Origin: Acidobacteriota bacterium
Lineage (GTDB): Bacteria; Acidobacteriota; UBA6911
Direction of reading: 5' to 3'
DNA: 64,000 nucleotides
Assembly (NCBI GenBank): GCA_963664705.1
Contig: OY761556.1
Location: forward strand, 4,320,001 to 4,384,000
A program made the position numbers and the translations under genes. Position 1 is the first letter of the stretch. Each line of letters begins with the position of its first letter. Under the pieces are notes generated by a model. The model saw nothing but the letters and a program-made list of their open reading frames with translations. It made no database searches and had not been told where the DNA came from. This document shows, in pieces, positions 9,330 to 17,917 of this stretch.

Positions 9330-10849
9330 GCAAGATTATTGAGTGCGTCCCCAATTTCAGCGAAGGAAGGCGCAGAGAGGTCGTTGATGCTCTATGTGCC
9401 GCTTTTACCAGCGTGCCCGGAGTTGCTCTTCTCGACAGGGAAATGGATGCCGCTCACAATCGCTGTGTCCTTTCGGTTGCCGGGCCGCCGGATGCCATAG
9501 CCGAGGGAGTTCTATCAGCCGCAGGCAAAGCGATTGAACTCATAGATCTGAGACAGCATCAAGGAGAACACCCTCGCATGGGGGCTGTTGATGTCATCCC
9601 TTTTATCCCGATTTCCGACACAAGCATTGAAGAATGCATTGAGCTTTCCGTCCGCGTAGCCCAAACCATCGCCGAACGCTATTCGGTTCCAGTCTATCTT
9701 TACGATCAGTCGGCTCGCATTCCTGAACGACGAGACCTTGCCTATGTGCGCAAGGGCCAGTTTGAGGGGATCCGGGAGGAAATTCGAACGCATCCGGAGA
9801 GGAAGCCTGATTTCGGGCCCTCCGAAATCCACCCCTCGGCCGGCGCAACGGCTGTCGGGGCGCGCCACCCTCTGGTTGCTTACAATATCTATCTCCGATC
9901 CGGCGACTTGCGGATAGCCAAGGAGATTGCGCGCTCGATCCGTTTTGCCGATGGCGGTCTGCGCTATCTGAAAGCTCTCGGTTTCGAGATCAGGGACCGG
10001 CAGCAGGTTCAGGTATCCATGAATCTTACCAATTACGCGTCGACGCCCTTATTTCGCGTATTTGACCTGGTATCGCGCGAGGCTGCGCGCCATGGCGTGG
10101 CCATTGCTTCCAGCGAGATTGTCGGATTGATTCCGCAAAAAGCCCTGGATGATTCAGCGGGATACTACCTGCGGCTCGAGAACTTCAACAGCGATCAGAT
10201 TCTGGAAAACAGGCTTCGGGAATCCCTGGCCTCGAATCCTGGAATCGATGCATTCCTGTCCAGCGTGGCCGATATCTCCCCACTTCTCCCGGGCGGAGGC
10301 AGTGTTGCCGCCGTTGCCGGATCTCTCGCAGCCGCCCTGGGTGAAATGATGTCCGGCCTGACCGAAGGCAGGAGCAAATTCGCAGGAGTGGATGCCGAGG
10401 TGCGCGAGATTCATTCAAGGCTCACAACTGCCAGGAACGCAATGAGGCGGCTGGTGGATGACGATTCGGCAGCCTTCAGCAGCGTTATGGATGCGCTGAA
10501 GCTTCCGAAGGAAACGGAGGATCAGAAGAAATTGCGGGCGGAGGCGGTTGAACTGGCTACCAGGAAAGCTACAGAAACTCCACTGCGCACAGCGCATATT
10601 TCTGTTGAGATCCTGCAGGCTATAAGCGTTCTGGTGAGAGTTGGAAATCCGAATGCCCGATGCGACGCGGCGGTGGGCGCTCAGATGGCCTGTTCGGCAT
10701 TAAAAGGTGCCCAATATAACGTCCTGGCCAACATTAAATCCTTGAAAGATAAGGCATTTGCCGAAAACTGCCGTAAAGAGGTCTCGGATCTGGCCCGGCA
10801 AGGGCAAGCCATTCTTCAGCAAATTGATTCCGAAATCATCGGAGTGTAG
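9326..10849 (+). CDS. ftcD: Glutamate formimidoyltransferase / formiminotetrahydrofolate cyclodeaminase (bifunctional)
   Basis: ECVPNFSEGR, HPRMGAVDVIPF, QVSMNL, then PGGGSVAA cyclodeaminase domain; TTG start overlaps the hutI stop. Confidence 0.92.
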   Translation: MSKIIECVPNFSEGRRREVVDALCAAFTSVPGVALLDREMDAAHNRCVLSVAGPPDAIAEGVLSAAGKAIELIDLRQHQGEHPRMGAVDVIPFIPISDTSIEECIELSVRVAQTIAERYSVPVYLYDQSARIPERRDLAYVRKGQFEGIREEIRTHPERKPDFGPSEIHPSAGATAVGARHPLVAYNIYLRSGDLRIAKEIARSIRFADGGLRYLKALGFEIRDRQQVQVSMNLTNYASTPLFRVFDLVSREAARHGVAIASSEIVGLIPQKALDDSAGYYLRLENFNSDQILENRLRESLASNPGIDAFLSSVADISPLLPGGGSVAAVAGSLAAALGEMMSGLTEGRSKFAGVDAEVREIHSRLTTARNAMRRLVDDDSAAFSSVMDALKLPKETEDQKKLRAEAVELATRKATETPLRTAHISVEILQAISVLVRVGNPNARCDAAVGAQMACSALKGAQYNVLANIKSLKDKAFAENCRKEVSDLARQGQAILQQIDSEIIGV

Positions 10850-10993
10850 ACGCCGTAGAAGTAATCCAGCAGCCAAACGGACCACGGTCCCAACGGGGTT
10901 TCTCCTGCATGAATAACCGGGTCCGGAATTCAACGAGGACTGGAGATAGCAGTTCCGCATCCGTCTACTGATGCGGTTTGGACGCTGCTCTGG

Positions 10994-11167
10994 TTAACTC
11001 TTCTCGTTCTTATTCTGCGGCTCTTCCTGGCCGGCTTTGAGCGAAGACTTGAAATTCCTGATTCCCTCTCCAAGTCCCTTGCCCAATTGTGGGATCTTAT
11101 TGACTCCAAAGATCAGGATAACGATCACAAGGATGACAATAAGTTCACCAGTCCCAAGACCAAACAT
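10994..11167 (-). CDS. tatA: Twin-arginine translocase TatA/TatE subunit (57 aa)
   Basis: Not in ORF track. [43 protein letters not shown]...; GGAGG RBS. Confidence 0.93.
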   Translation of the reverse strand: MFGLGTGELIVILVIVILIFGVNKIPQLGKGLGEGIRNFKSSLKAGQEEPQNKNEKS

Positions 11168-11725
11168 AAGCTACCTCCAAATTAGGGAAACGAGTCATAT
11201 TGAGAGTACTGTATTGATCCGGTAGAAGTCAAATCATAGTGGACTTCGTTCCCTGCCCGGGGAGCATCCCGGGAGCCTTTATGCAACATGGATCGTCCCC
11301 AAAAAAAGGCTTGAGTCCGGCCCAGAGTCCCGTCGGCATCAACGTTCCCGTTTGTTGAGAAACAGGCGATACGCCCTCGGATCCCAGCCCATGGCTCCGT
11401 AATCCCAAAGCTATGGTATATCTATAGCTATACCCCCAAATAAATCGCTTGTGTGGACGCGTGAAATGTCCTATAAATCACGGGCTGTAGGCATAAAACT
11501 TGCACCTTATCATTCAGGAGCATCTGCGAAGGCTTTCATGTGGCCTTTCGCTTCTTGAGCGCCTCCCTCGAAAGCTCGCGATGATCCGGGCACTAGATAT
11601 TTGAAAAAACACTCGATGTTCTTCAGTCCTGCCCTTGATTGTCCAGCGGTAAAGCTGAGAATCATCCGATCTGTTTTCCCGGACCGGCCGCAGGCAGGAG
11701 ATTCTCTCGAAAGGAGCAGTTCAAG

Positions 11726-12547
11726 TTGAAGATAATTGGTGAAAAGATCAACGGAACCCGCAAGCGCGTGCAACAGGCTATTATGGAACGCGATGCGAAA
11801 TTCATCCAGGATTTGGCTTTGAGCCAGGCAGCAGCCGGCGCTGACTGGCTGGATGCCAATGCAGGAACCGCCCCGCAACGCGAACCGGAAGATCTCATTT
11901 GGCTGGTTGAAAATATTCAGGCCGTGACCGAAACTCCGATCTGTCTCGACAGCGCCAATCCCGCGGCATTGGAAACAGCCATCAAGGTAGTAAAGAAAAC
12001 CCCGATGATCAACTCGATCAGCGCTGAACCGCACCGCCTGACTGGCGTGCTGCCGCTTGTTGCTCAATACAAGACTCCCGCGATTGCGCTGGCCATGGAT
12101 GAAAAAGGAATTCCAAAAACAAGGGAAGATCGCCTGAACGTCATTCGCAAGCTTCTCGGCGAAACCCGCAAAGTTGGAATTCCGGATGACTCCCTATATT
12201 TCGATCCCCTGGCGATGACCATTGCAACCGGGCAGGATAACGGCATGGTCTTCTTCGATACCATCCGTTCTATTCGCAGCGAATTTCCCGAAGTTCACAT
12301 TACCTGTGGCCTCAGCAATATCTCTTTCGGAATGCCGGCTCGCGCGTACATCAATCGCATCTTCCTGACTCTTGCCATGCAGGCTGGGCTCGACAGTGCG
12401 ATTTGCGATCCCAATGAACACGAGATCAAAACCACAATGCTGGCCACTGAGCTTTTGTTGAACCAGGACAGACATTGTCTCAAGTATACCAAAGCATTTC
12501 GCGCTGGAGTTTTTAACAGGCCACCATCCGGGGCCGGCAAGGCATAA
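11726..12547 (+). CDS. Pterin-binding methyltetrahydrofolate:corrinoid methyltransferase (AcsE/MT2-like)
   Basis: IIGEKINGTR, LDANAG, CLDS, MINSI, YFDP, GLSNISFGMP, GLDSAI; TTG start with AAGGAG RBS. Confidence 0.88.
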   Translation: MKIIGEKINGTRKRVQQAIMERDAKFIQDLALSQAAAGADWLDANAGTAPQREPEDLIWLVENIQAVTETPICLDSANPAALETAIKVVKKTPMINSISAEPHRLTGVLPLVAQYKTPAIALAMDEKGIPKTREDRLNVIRKLLGETRKVGIPDDSLYFDPLAMTIATGQDNGMVFFDTIRSIRSEFPEVHITCGLSNISFGMPARAYINRIFLTLAMQAGLDSAICDPNEHEIKTTMLATELLLNQDRHCLKYTKAFRAGVFNRPPSGAGKA

Positions 12548-12606
12548 TCCGTTGGCAAGGAACTTTTGAATAATTTCTACTAAAGGAAGCAAAAAAGGAG
12601 AGCTCT

Positions 12607-13245
12607 ATGTCGAAAGAATTAATCGATGCCGTCGTTGATATGCGTGAAGAAGACGCTGTAAAGATTGCTGAAACCCTGCTGAATTCCGGGGCCGATCCGC
12701 TCGGTCTTCTGGACGACTGCCGTGAAGCGCTTGGCATTATCGGTGGCAAGTTCGCCGCTGGTGAATGCTTTGTCCCTGAACTGATTCTGGCCGGCGAAAT
12801 GCTGCGACAGGTTGGCGCGCTGGTAAAGCCCAGGCTTGCCACTTCAGGCGCGGGCGCCCAGAAAAAGATCGGCAAGATCGTCTTCGGAACGGTGGAAGGC
12901 GACATCCATGACATCGCAAAAGATATCGTGGTTTTCATGCTGGACATCAACGGTTTCGACGTAATGGATCTGGGCGTCGATGTGCCGGTTGCGAGATTTG
13001 TTGAGGCCGTAAAGGAATTCAAGCCTCAGGTCGTCGGTCTCAGCGGCTTCTTGACACTCGCTTATGACCCGATGAAAAACACCGTACAGGCCCTAAAGGA
13101 TGCGGGACTTCGGGACAGCGTCAAGATCATGATCGGCGGCGGGCAGATGGATGACCAGGTTGCCGCGTATGCAAAGGCAGATGCCTACGGCAAGGACGCC
13201 ATGGCAGCCGTTACCCTGTCCAAGGGATGGGTAGGGGCGAAATAA
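12607..13245 (+). CDS. Corrinoid (B12-binding) methyl-acceptor protein
   Basis: GDIHDIAKDIV (DxHxxG variant), DLGVDVP, GLSG, MIGGG and N-terminal cap domain. Confidence 0.92.
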   Translation: MSKELIDAVVDMREEDAVKIAETLLNSGADPLGLLDDCREALGIIGGKFAAGECFVPELILAGEMLRQVGALVKPRLATSGAGAQKKIGKIVFGTVEGDIHDIAKDIVVFMLDINGFDVMDLGVDVPVARFVEAVKEFKPQVVGLSGFLTLAYDPMKNTVQALKDAGLRDSVKIMIGGGQMDDQVAAYAKADAYGKDAMAAVTLSKGWVGAK

Positions 13246-13247
13246 CC

Positions 13248-14591
13248 ATGCCAAAACCGGATAATTTCGATAGTTTATCTCCCGATCAGAAGCGTCAAGC
13301 GCGGCTGGATGCGTGGGTAAACCACGAGAACCTCGAATTTAAGAATCCGGAAGCTGAAAAAGCGTACCGGGAACGCGCTCAGATGTTTGTTGACGTTTTC
13401 CTGCTGAAAAAGCCCAAACGGGTGCCCGTGACTATTTCCACGGGCTTCTTCCCATTCCTGCACGCCGGGTTCACCTGCAAAGATGCAATGTACGATTATG
13501 CAAAACTCGGCAAGGCAATGAAGCAATTTCATACTGAGTTCATGCCTGACGCTACCGCGTCTGCGGGGCTTTACGCACCTGGCACCATTCTGGAAATCCT
13601 GGACTATAAGCTCTATCACTGGCCGGGCCACGGAGTACCGGAAAACACGTCTTACCAGTGCGCTGAAGCGGAATTCATGAAGGCGGATGAGTATGGAGCG
13701 TATCTGAACGACCCCAGCGATTATTTTATCCGCACTTACCTGCCTCGTGTCATGGGAGCGTTGGAACCATGGAAGGAGCTTCCGCCCTTCACGAACCATC
13801 TGGAGCTCCCGTTCATTCCGTGGGGAATGCTGCCCTTTGGTCTGCCTCATATTCAGGAAACTTTAAAAAAACTGATGAAAGCCGGCGAAGTCGCGCTGGA
13901 ATGGGCTGGGAAGGTCGCAGAAATTGACAGCGACAACATCACCAGCCTGGGGCTGCCGAAATATCAGGGCGGTTTCTCAAAGGCACCATTTGACGTCATC
14001 GGCGATACCATGCGTGGCACGCGCGCGATGATGCTCGACACCTTCCGCAAAAAGAAGGAGATCCTGGATGCCTGTGAGCGGAATATCCCTTTCATGACAA
14101 AAATGCCGTATGGAGCGTATAACTGGGGTGCGGCTCCAACAGTATTTTTCCCGCTGCATAAAGGCGCAGACGGCTTCATGTCGCCGAAGAGCTTCAAGGA
14201 ACTGTACTGGCCGTCCTTTAAGCAGGTCATGCTCAATCTGATTAACGATGGTATGATCCCATTCCTGTTTGTCGAGGGAAGCTATAACCAGCGGTTGGAT
14301 CTGATTACCGATCCCGATATCCCGGCTGGCAGCACCATCTGGTATTTCGACAAGACGAATATGAAGGAAGTCAAAAAGCATCTCCAGGGATGGGCGTGCT
14401 TCGCGGGCAACTTCCCTTCATCTCTCTTGAAAACCGGGACTCCCGAGCAGGTCAAAGAACACTGCACGCAACTGTTGAATGATCTTGCCGGAGACGGCGG
14501 ATACTATATGGTTAACGGCGCGGTGCTCGATGAGGCGAATGCGGATAATCTGCATACGTATATCGATACCGTCAAATCCTACAAATACTAG
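13248..14591 (+). CDS. Uroporphyrinogen decarboxylase-fold methyltransferase (substrate-specific MT1-like)
   Basis: PKRVPV, APFD...DTMRG, PLHKGADGFMS, ELYWP, LFVEG, CFAGN, GTPEQVKE; follows the corrinoid protein. Confidence 0.8.
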   Translation: MPKPDNFDSLSPDQKRQARLDAWVNHENLEFKNPEAEKAYRERAQMFVDVFLLKKPKRVPVTISTGFFPFLHAGFTCKDAMYDYAKLGKAMKQFHTEFMPDATASAGLYAPGTILEILDYKLYHWPGHGVPENTSYQCAEAEFMKADEYGAYLNDPSDYFIRTYLPRVMGALEPWKELPPFTNHLELPFIPWGMLPFGLPHIQETLKKLMKAGEVALEWAGKVAEIDSDNITSLGLPKYQGGFSKAPFDVIGDTMRGTRAMMLDTFRKKKEILDACERNIPFMTKMPYGAYNWGAAPTVFFPLHKGADGFMSPKSFKELYWPSFKQVMLNLINDGMIPFLFVEGSYNQRLDLITDPDIPAGSTIWYFDKTNMKEVKKHLQGWACFAGNFPSSLLKTGTPEQVKEHCTQLLNDLAGDGGYYMVNGAVLDEANADNLHTYIDTVKSYKY

Positions 14592-14613
14592 TCGAGTTGT
14601 TTCGATGGCATCG

Positions 14614-14653
14614 GCCCGGGGATTGGTTCTCATCCCCGGGCTTTTTTATTTTT
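14614..14653 (+). terminator. Rho-independent terminator
   Basis: gcccgggga-ttggttctca-tccccgggc followed by ttttttattttt. Confidence 0.85.
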
Positions 14654-14864
14654 GGGAAGTCCGTGGCTAAAAGGAGGCTATCGATCTGCCACGGGCTTTA
14701 TGAATTTTGAGGTAGCCACAATGCTCCCGCCCTTCACTTTCAACGGTTTTTTCTTTTGAAACAGGACAGCTTTGGATATGATCGGGGCCAGTTTCCAATC
14801 CAGCAGAGGACGAGTATGCGCAGGCAGTCCGCATTGTGGACCGGTGCGAAAAGGAATGGTGAGG

Positions 14865-15974
14865 ATGATGGACTCCCTAAAAATCCGCATTAATGGCAAG
14901 GAGGTTGATGGCAACCGGGGAATGACGGTTTTGCAGGCCGCAGAAAAGGCGGGAATCAGCATCCCCACACTTTGCTATCACAAGGATTTTATCCCTACAG
15001 GCTCCTGCCGCATCTGCGTCGTCGAAGTGGAAGGGTCTGGCAGGTTGATCGGATCCTGCCATACGCCCATTGCAGAAGGAATGATCATTCAAACGCATTC
15101 GCCGAAGGTCCTCTCCGCACGCAAAGCAACGATGGAACTGCTGCTGGCCGGACATACCGGGCCCTGCGTCGCGGATGTTCGAGCAGCCCAATGCGATCTG
15201 CATAGGATTGCCTCGGACCTCGAAGTCGCGCCGCCACGGTTCAGAGTAAAGCGCCCGCGCTTCTATACGATTGAAGATGTCAGCCCTTACGTGCACAGGG
15301 ACTTATCCAAGTGCATCCTGTGCTCCCGGTGTATCAGCGCCTGCAATGAACTCGCAGGCAAACGGGTCTTCGGGACAGGTTATCGCGGATTCGAGACCAA
15401 GGTCATTGTCGATAACGATGTTGCTATCGATAAAAACTTTTGCAGGGACTGCTACCTCTGCGTTGAATACTGCCCCACCAGCGCCCTGATCAAGGCCGGG
15501 CAACCGGAAGACAAAACGCGCGGCAAAAAAATGACTTCTGCATCGCCTAAGCCGCAAAAGCGGGATCGGCGATGCGGAAACCTTCTTCCAATCCTAAAAA
15601 AAGCGCAGGATCGTGCCCATTACCTGTCCCCGAAATTCATGACAAACACCGCTGATTCGCTGAATCTATCGGTAAGTGATGTATACGGAGTGTCGACTTT
15701 CTATTCTTACCTGTCCACACGACCGCTCGGGACCAATGTAATCCGAGTTTGCAAAAGCCTGCCCTGCTACCTGAAGGGATCAGAGATGATCCTGAAGAGC
15801 CTTGAGAATTCGCTTGGAATCAAACCCGGAGAAACGACGCGAGATAAGAGATTTTCCCTGGAATTGGCCAACTGCATCGGGGCGTGCGATCGCGCTCCCG
15901 CAATGCTGATCAACGAAGATGTTCACGGGAACCTGACACCAGGAAAGATATCGAAACTACTCAAGCAATACTAA
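14865..15974 (+). CDS. Fusion of NuoG/FdhA/HydA-type N-terminal Fe-S module with NuoE-type [2Fe-2S] domain
   Basis: IPTLC...GSCRICVVEV...GSC; HTGPCVADVRAAQC; KCILCSRCISAC; CRDCYLCVEYCP; then YGVSTFYS...CKSLPC...CIGAC. Confidence 0.85.
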   Translation: MMDSLKIRINGKEVDGNRGMTVLQAAEKAGISIPTLCYHKDFIPTGSCRICVVEVEGSGRLIGSCHTPIAEGMIIQTHSPKVLSARKATMELLLAGHTGPCVADVRAAQCDLHRIASDLEVAPPRFRVKRPRFYTIEDVSPYVHRDLSKCILCSRCISACNELAGKRVFGTGYRGFETKVIVDNDVAIDKNFCRDCYLCVEYCPTSALIKAGQPEDKTRGKKMTSASPKPQKRDRRCGNLLPILKKAQDRAHYLSPKFMTNTADSLNLSVSDVYGVSTFYSYLSTRPLGTNVIRVCKSLPCYLKGSEMILKSLENSLGIKPGETTRDKRFSLELANCIGACDRAPAMLINEDVHGNLTPGKISKLLKQY

Positions 15975-16021
15975 TCTGCCGCCGGGAGTCCGGACCTCCG
16001 GGCACCTGAAGGAGAACGGCT

Positions 16022-17239
16022 GTGCAAAAACGGATCGTTTTGAAGAACTGCGGACTTGTCGATCCCAAGGATATCCGGTCCTACATCAAGCAGGATGGCT
16101 TCATGGCGCTTGAAAAAGCTCAGAAGCAGATGACTCCGGACCAGGTCATCGAGGAAGTCATCAAATCCGGGCTGTTGGGCCGTGGAGGAGCGGGCTTCTC
16201 CTGCGGCCTGAAGTGGAAGCTGGCCAAAGAGCAGTCTGAGAAGGAAAAATTCCTCATCTGCAATGCGGATGAGGGGGAAGTAGGAACTTTCAAAGACAGG
16301 TATATCCTGGAAAACGATCCTTTCACCCTGATCGAAGCTCTTGCCATTGCGGGCTGGGCGATCGGCGCATCCAAAGCCTTCATCTACCTTCGAGCGGAAT
16401 ATCGATTCCTGTCCGGACTCGTCCTCAACGCCATCAAACAATCGCAAAAAAAGGGATTTTTAAAGCACCTCGAGATTGAGCTGCGCGAAGGCGCAGGCGC
16501 GTATATGTGCGGAGAGGAATCGGGGCTCATGAATTCGATTGAGGGATTCAGAGGCGAAGCCCGCTACAAGCCCCCCTTCCCTCCGGCAAAGGGCCTCTGG
16601 GGCAAACCGACTGTCATCAATAATGTGGAAACTTTGATGAATATTCCTCAGATCGTCCTGAACGGCAGTGAATGGTTCAGGGGATTCGGGACGGAGAAGA
16701 GCAAAGGGACCAAGGTCTTTTCAGTGAGCGGCGATGTGGCCAGGCCCGGCGTTTATGAACTGGAACTTGGAAGCAGGCTGTCGGAACTGGTACTTGAGCT
16801 GGCATCCGCCGCAGAGACAAAGATGATACAGGTTGGAGGCGCCTGCGGACGAATTCTACCGGCCGAACTCATAGACACGCCACTTGCCTATGAAAGCATC
16901 CTGGGAGCCGGCGCCGTTACCGTCTTTGACAAGACGCGCGACATTATCGAAATGATGTGCCGGAACACCGAGTTCCTGGGCGAAGAATCGTGCGGTCGTT
17001 GCGCACCCTGCCGTGATGGTTCGGAGGCTATGCTGGATATATTGCATCGGCTGACCAATGGGGAAGGCGCAAGCGAGGACATCGGCGCGCTGGAAGATCT
17101 GTCAAGAGTGATGTCTCTCTCGGCTTTGTGCGGGTTGGGACAAACCGCATCGGTCCCGGTCATGGATAGCCTGAAGTATTTCAGGAAGGAATATGAAAGC
17201 CGGATCGAGCAGTCACGATTTTTGAGGACCCTTCGATAG
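16022..17239 (+). CDS. NuoF-like NADH-binding FMN/[4Fe-4S] subunit (short form)
   Basis: GRGGAGF, NADEGE, GAGAYMCGEE, PTVINNVET, ESCGRCAPCR...LCGLG. Confidence 0.9.
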   Translation: MQKRIVLKNCGLVDPKDIRSYIKQDGFMALEKAQKQMTPDQVIEEVIKSGLLGRGGAGFSCGLKWKLAKEQSEKEKFLICNADEGEVGTFKDRYILENDPFTLIEALAIAGWAIGASKAFIYLRAEYRFLSGLVLNAIKQSQKKGFLKHLEIELREGAGAYMCGEESGLMNSIEGFRGEARYKPPFPPAKGLWGKPTVINNVETLMNIPQIVLNGSEWFRGFGTEKSKGTKVFSVSGDVARPGVYELELGSRLSELVLELASAAETKMIQVGGACGRILPAELIDTPLAYESILGAGAVTVFDKTRDIIEMMCRNTEFLGEESCGRCAPCRDGSEAMLDILHRLTNGEGASEDIGALEDLSRVMSLSALCGLGQTASVPVMDSLKYFRKEYESRIEQSRFLRTLR

Positions 17240-17293
17240 TCGGTAGCGGGCAGTGGCCACTGCCGACCGGGAAAAACCAGGAGTGAAACCGGG

Positions 17294-17905
17294 ATGCCTA
17301 AGAAGAAAACAGATACGACAGCTGCACTGACGAAGTACTCGTGCCCGTACTGCCGGGACACCTTTGATACTTTCGAATCGATTAAGGCACACTTCCTGGC
17401 CGGACATCCGCAAGGGATATTGCCCGAACCGGAAGGAACGATTCATATCACGGTCAACGGGCAGCAATACAAGCTCCAGGTTGAATCCGACTGGACGCTT
17501 CATTACCTGATCCACGACAAACTCGGACTGACGGGAACCAAACTCATGTGCGACCGTGGAGCTTGCGGATCCTGCACGGTAATCATGAACGGAAGACCCA
17601 TCCTCTCATGCATGACCCTGGCGATCGAATGCAATGGCCAGCGGATTGAAACCGTCGAGGGAATCGCCGCGGCAAACCATCCACTGGTTGAGGAATATGT
17701 CAAACACCACTGCATGCAATGCGGCTATTGCACTCCCGGGTTTGTTGTAACGGCAAAAGCACTCCTGGACAGGAATCTGAACCCGACGGAACAGGACATC
17801 CGCGAAGCGCTGGGAGGGAATCTCTGCCGTTGCGGCACCTATCCACAGCATCCTAAGGCCATTCTTCAGGCAGCCAGGCTGCTGCGGGAAGCCGCGACCA
17901 GATAG
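17294..17905 (+). CDS. Xanthine dehydrogenase-family 2x[2Fe-2S] small subunit with N-terminal C2H2 zinc finger
   Basis: GTKLMCDRGACGSCTV, QCGYCTPG, GNLCRCG; N-terminal YSCPYCRDTFDTFESIKAHFLAGH. Confidence 0.9.
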   Translation: MPKKKTDTTAALTKYSCPYCRDTFDTFESIKAHFLAGHPQGILPEPEGTIHITVNGQQYKLQVESDWTLHYLIHDKLGLTGTKLMCDRGACGSCTVIMNGRPILSCMTLAIECNGQRIETVEGIAAANHPLVEEYVKHHCMQCGYCTPGFVVTAKALLDRNLNPTEQDIREALGGNLCRCGTYPQHPKAILQAARLLREAATR

Positions 17906-17917
17906 TCGGAGGACATC

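Noticed and set aside
11241-11430. Possible ncRNA between tatA and the methyltransferase operon
   Set aside because: Only short local hairpins; no match by eye to 6S, SRP, tmRNA or RNase P.
11650-11700. TPP or cobalamin riboswitch call (GCTGAGA present)
   Set aside because: The remaining TPP core and the B12 box are not visible; kept only as an unclassified structured-leader candidate.
14865-17239. Respiratory complex I or electron-bifurcating hydrogenase
   Set aside because: No membrane Nuo subunits, no H-cluster or NiFe motifs, and NuoF lacks the extra Fe-S domains of HydB.
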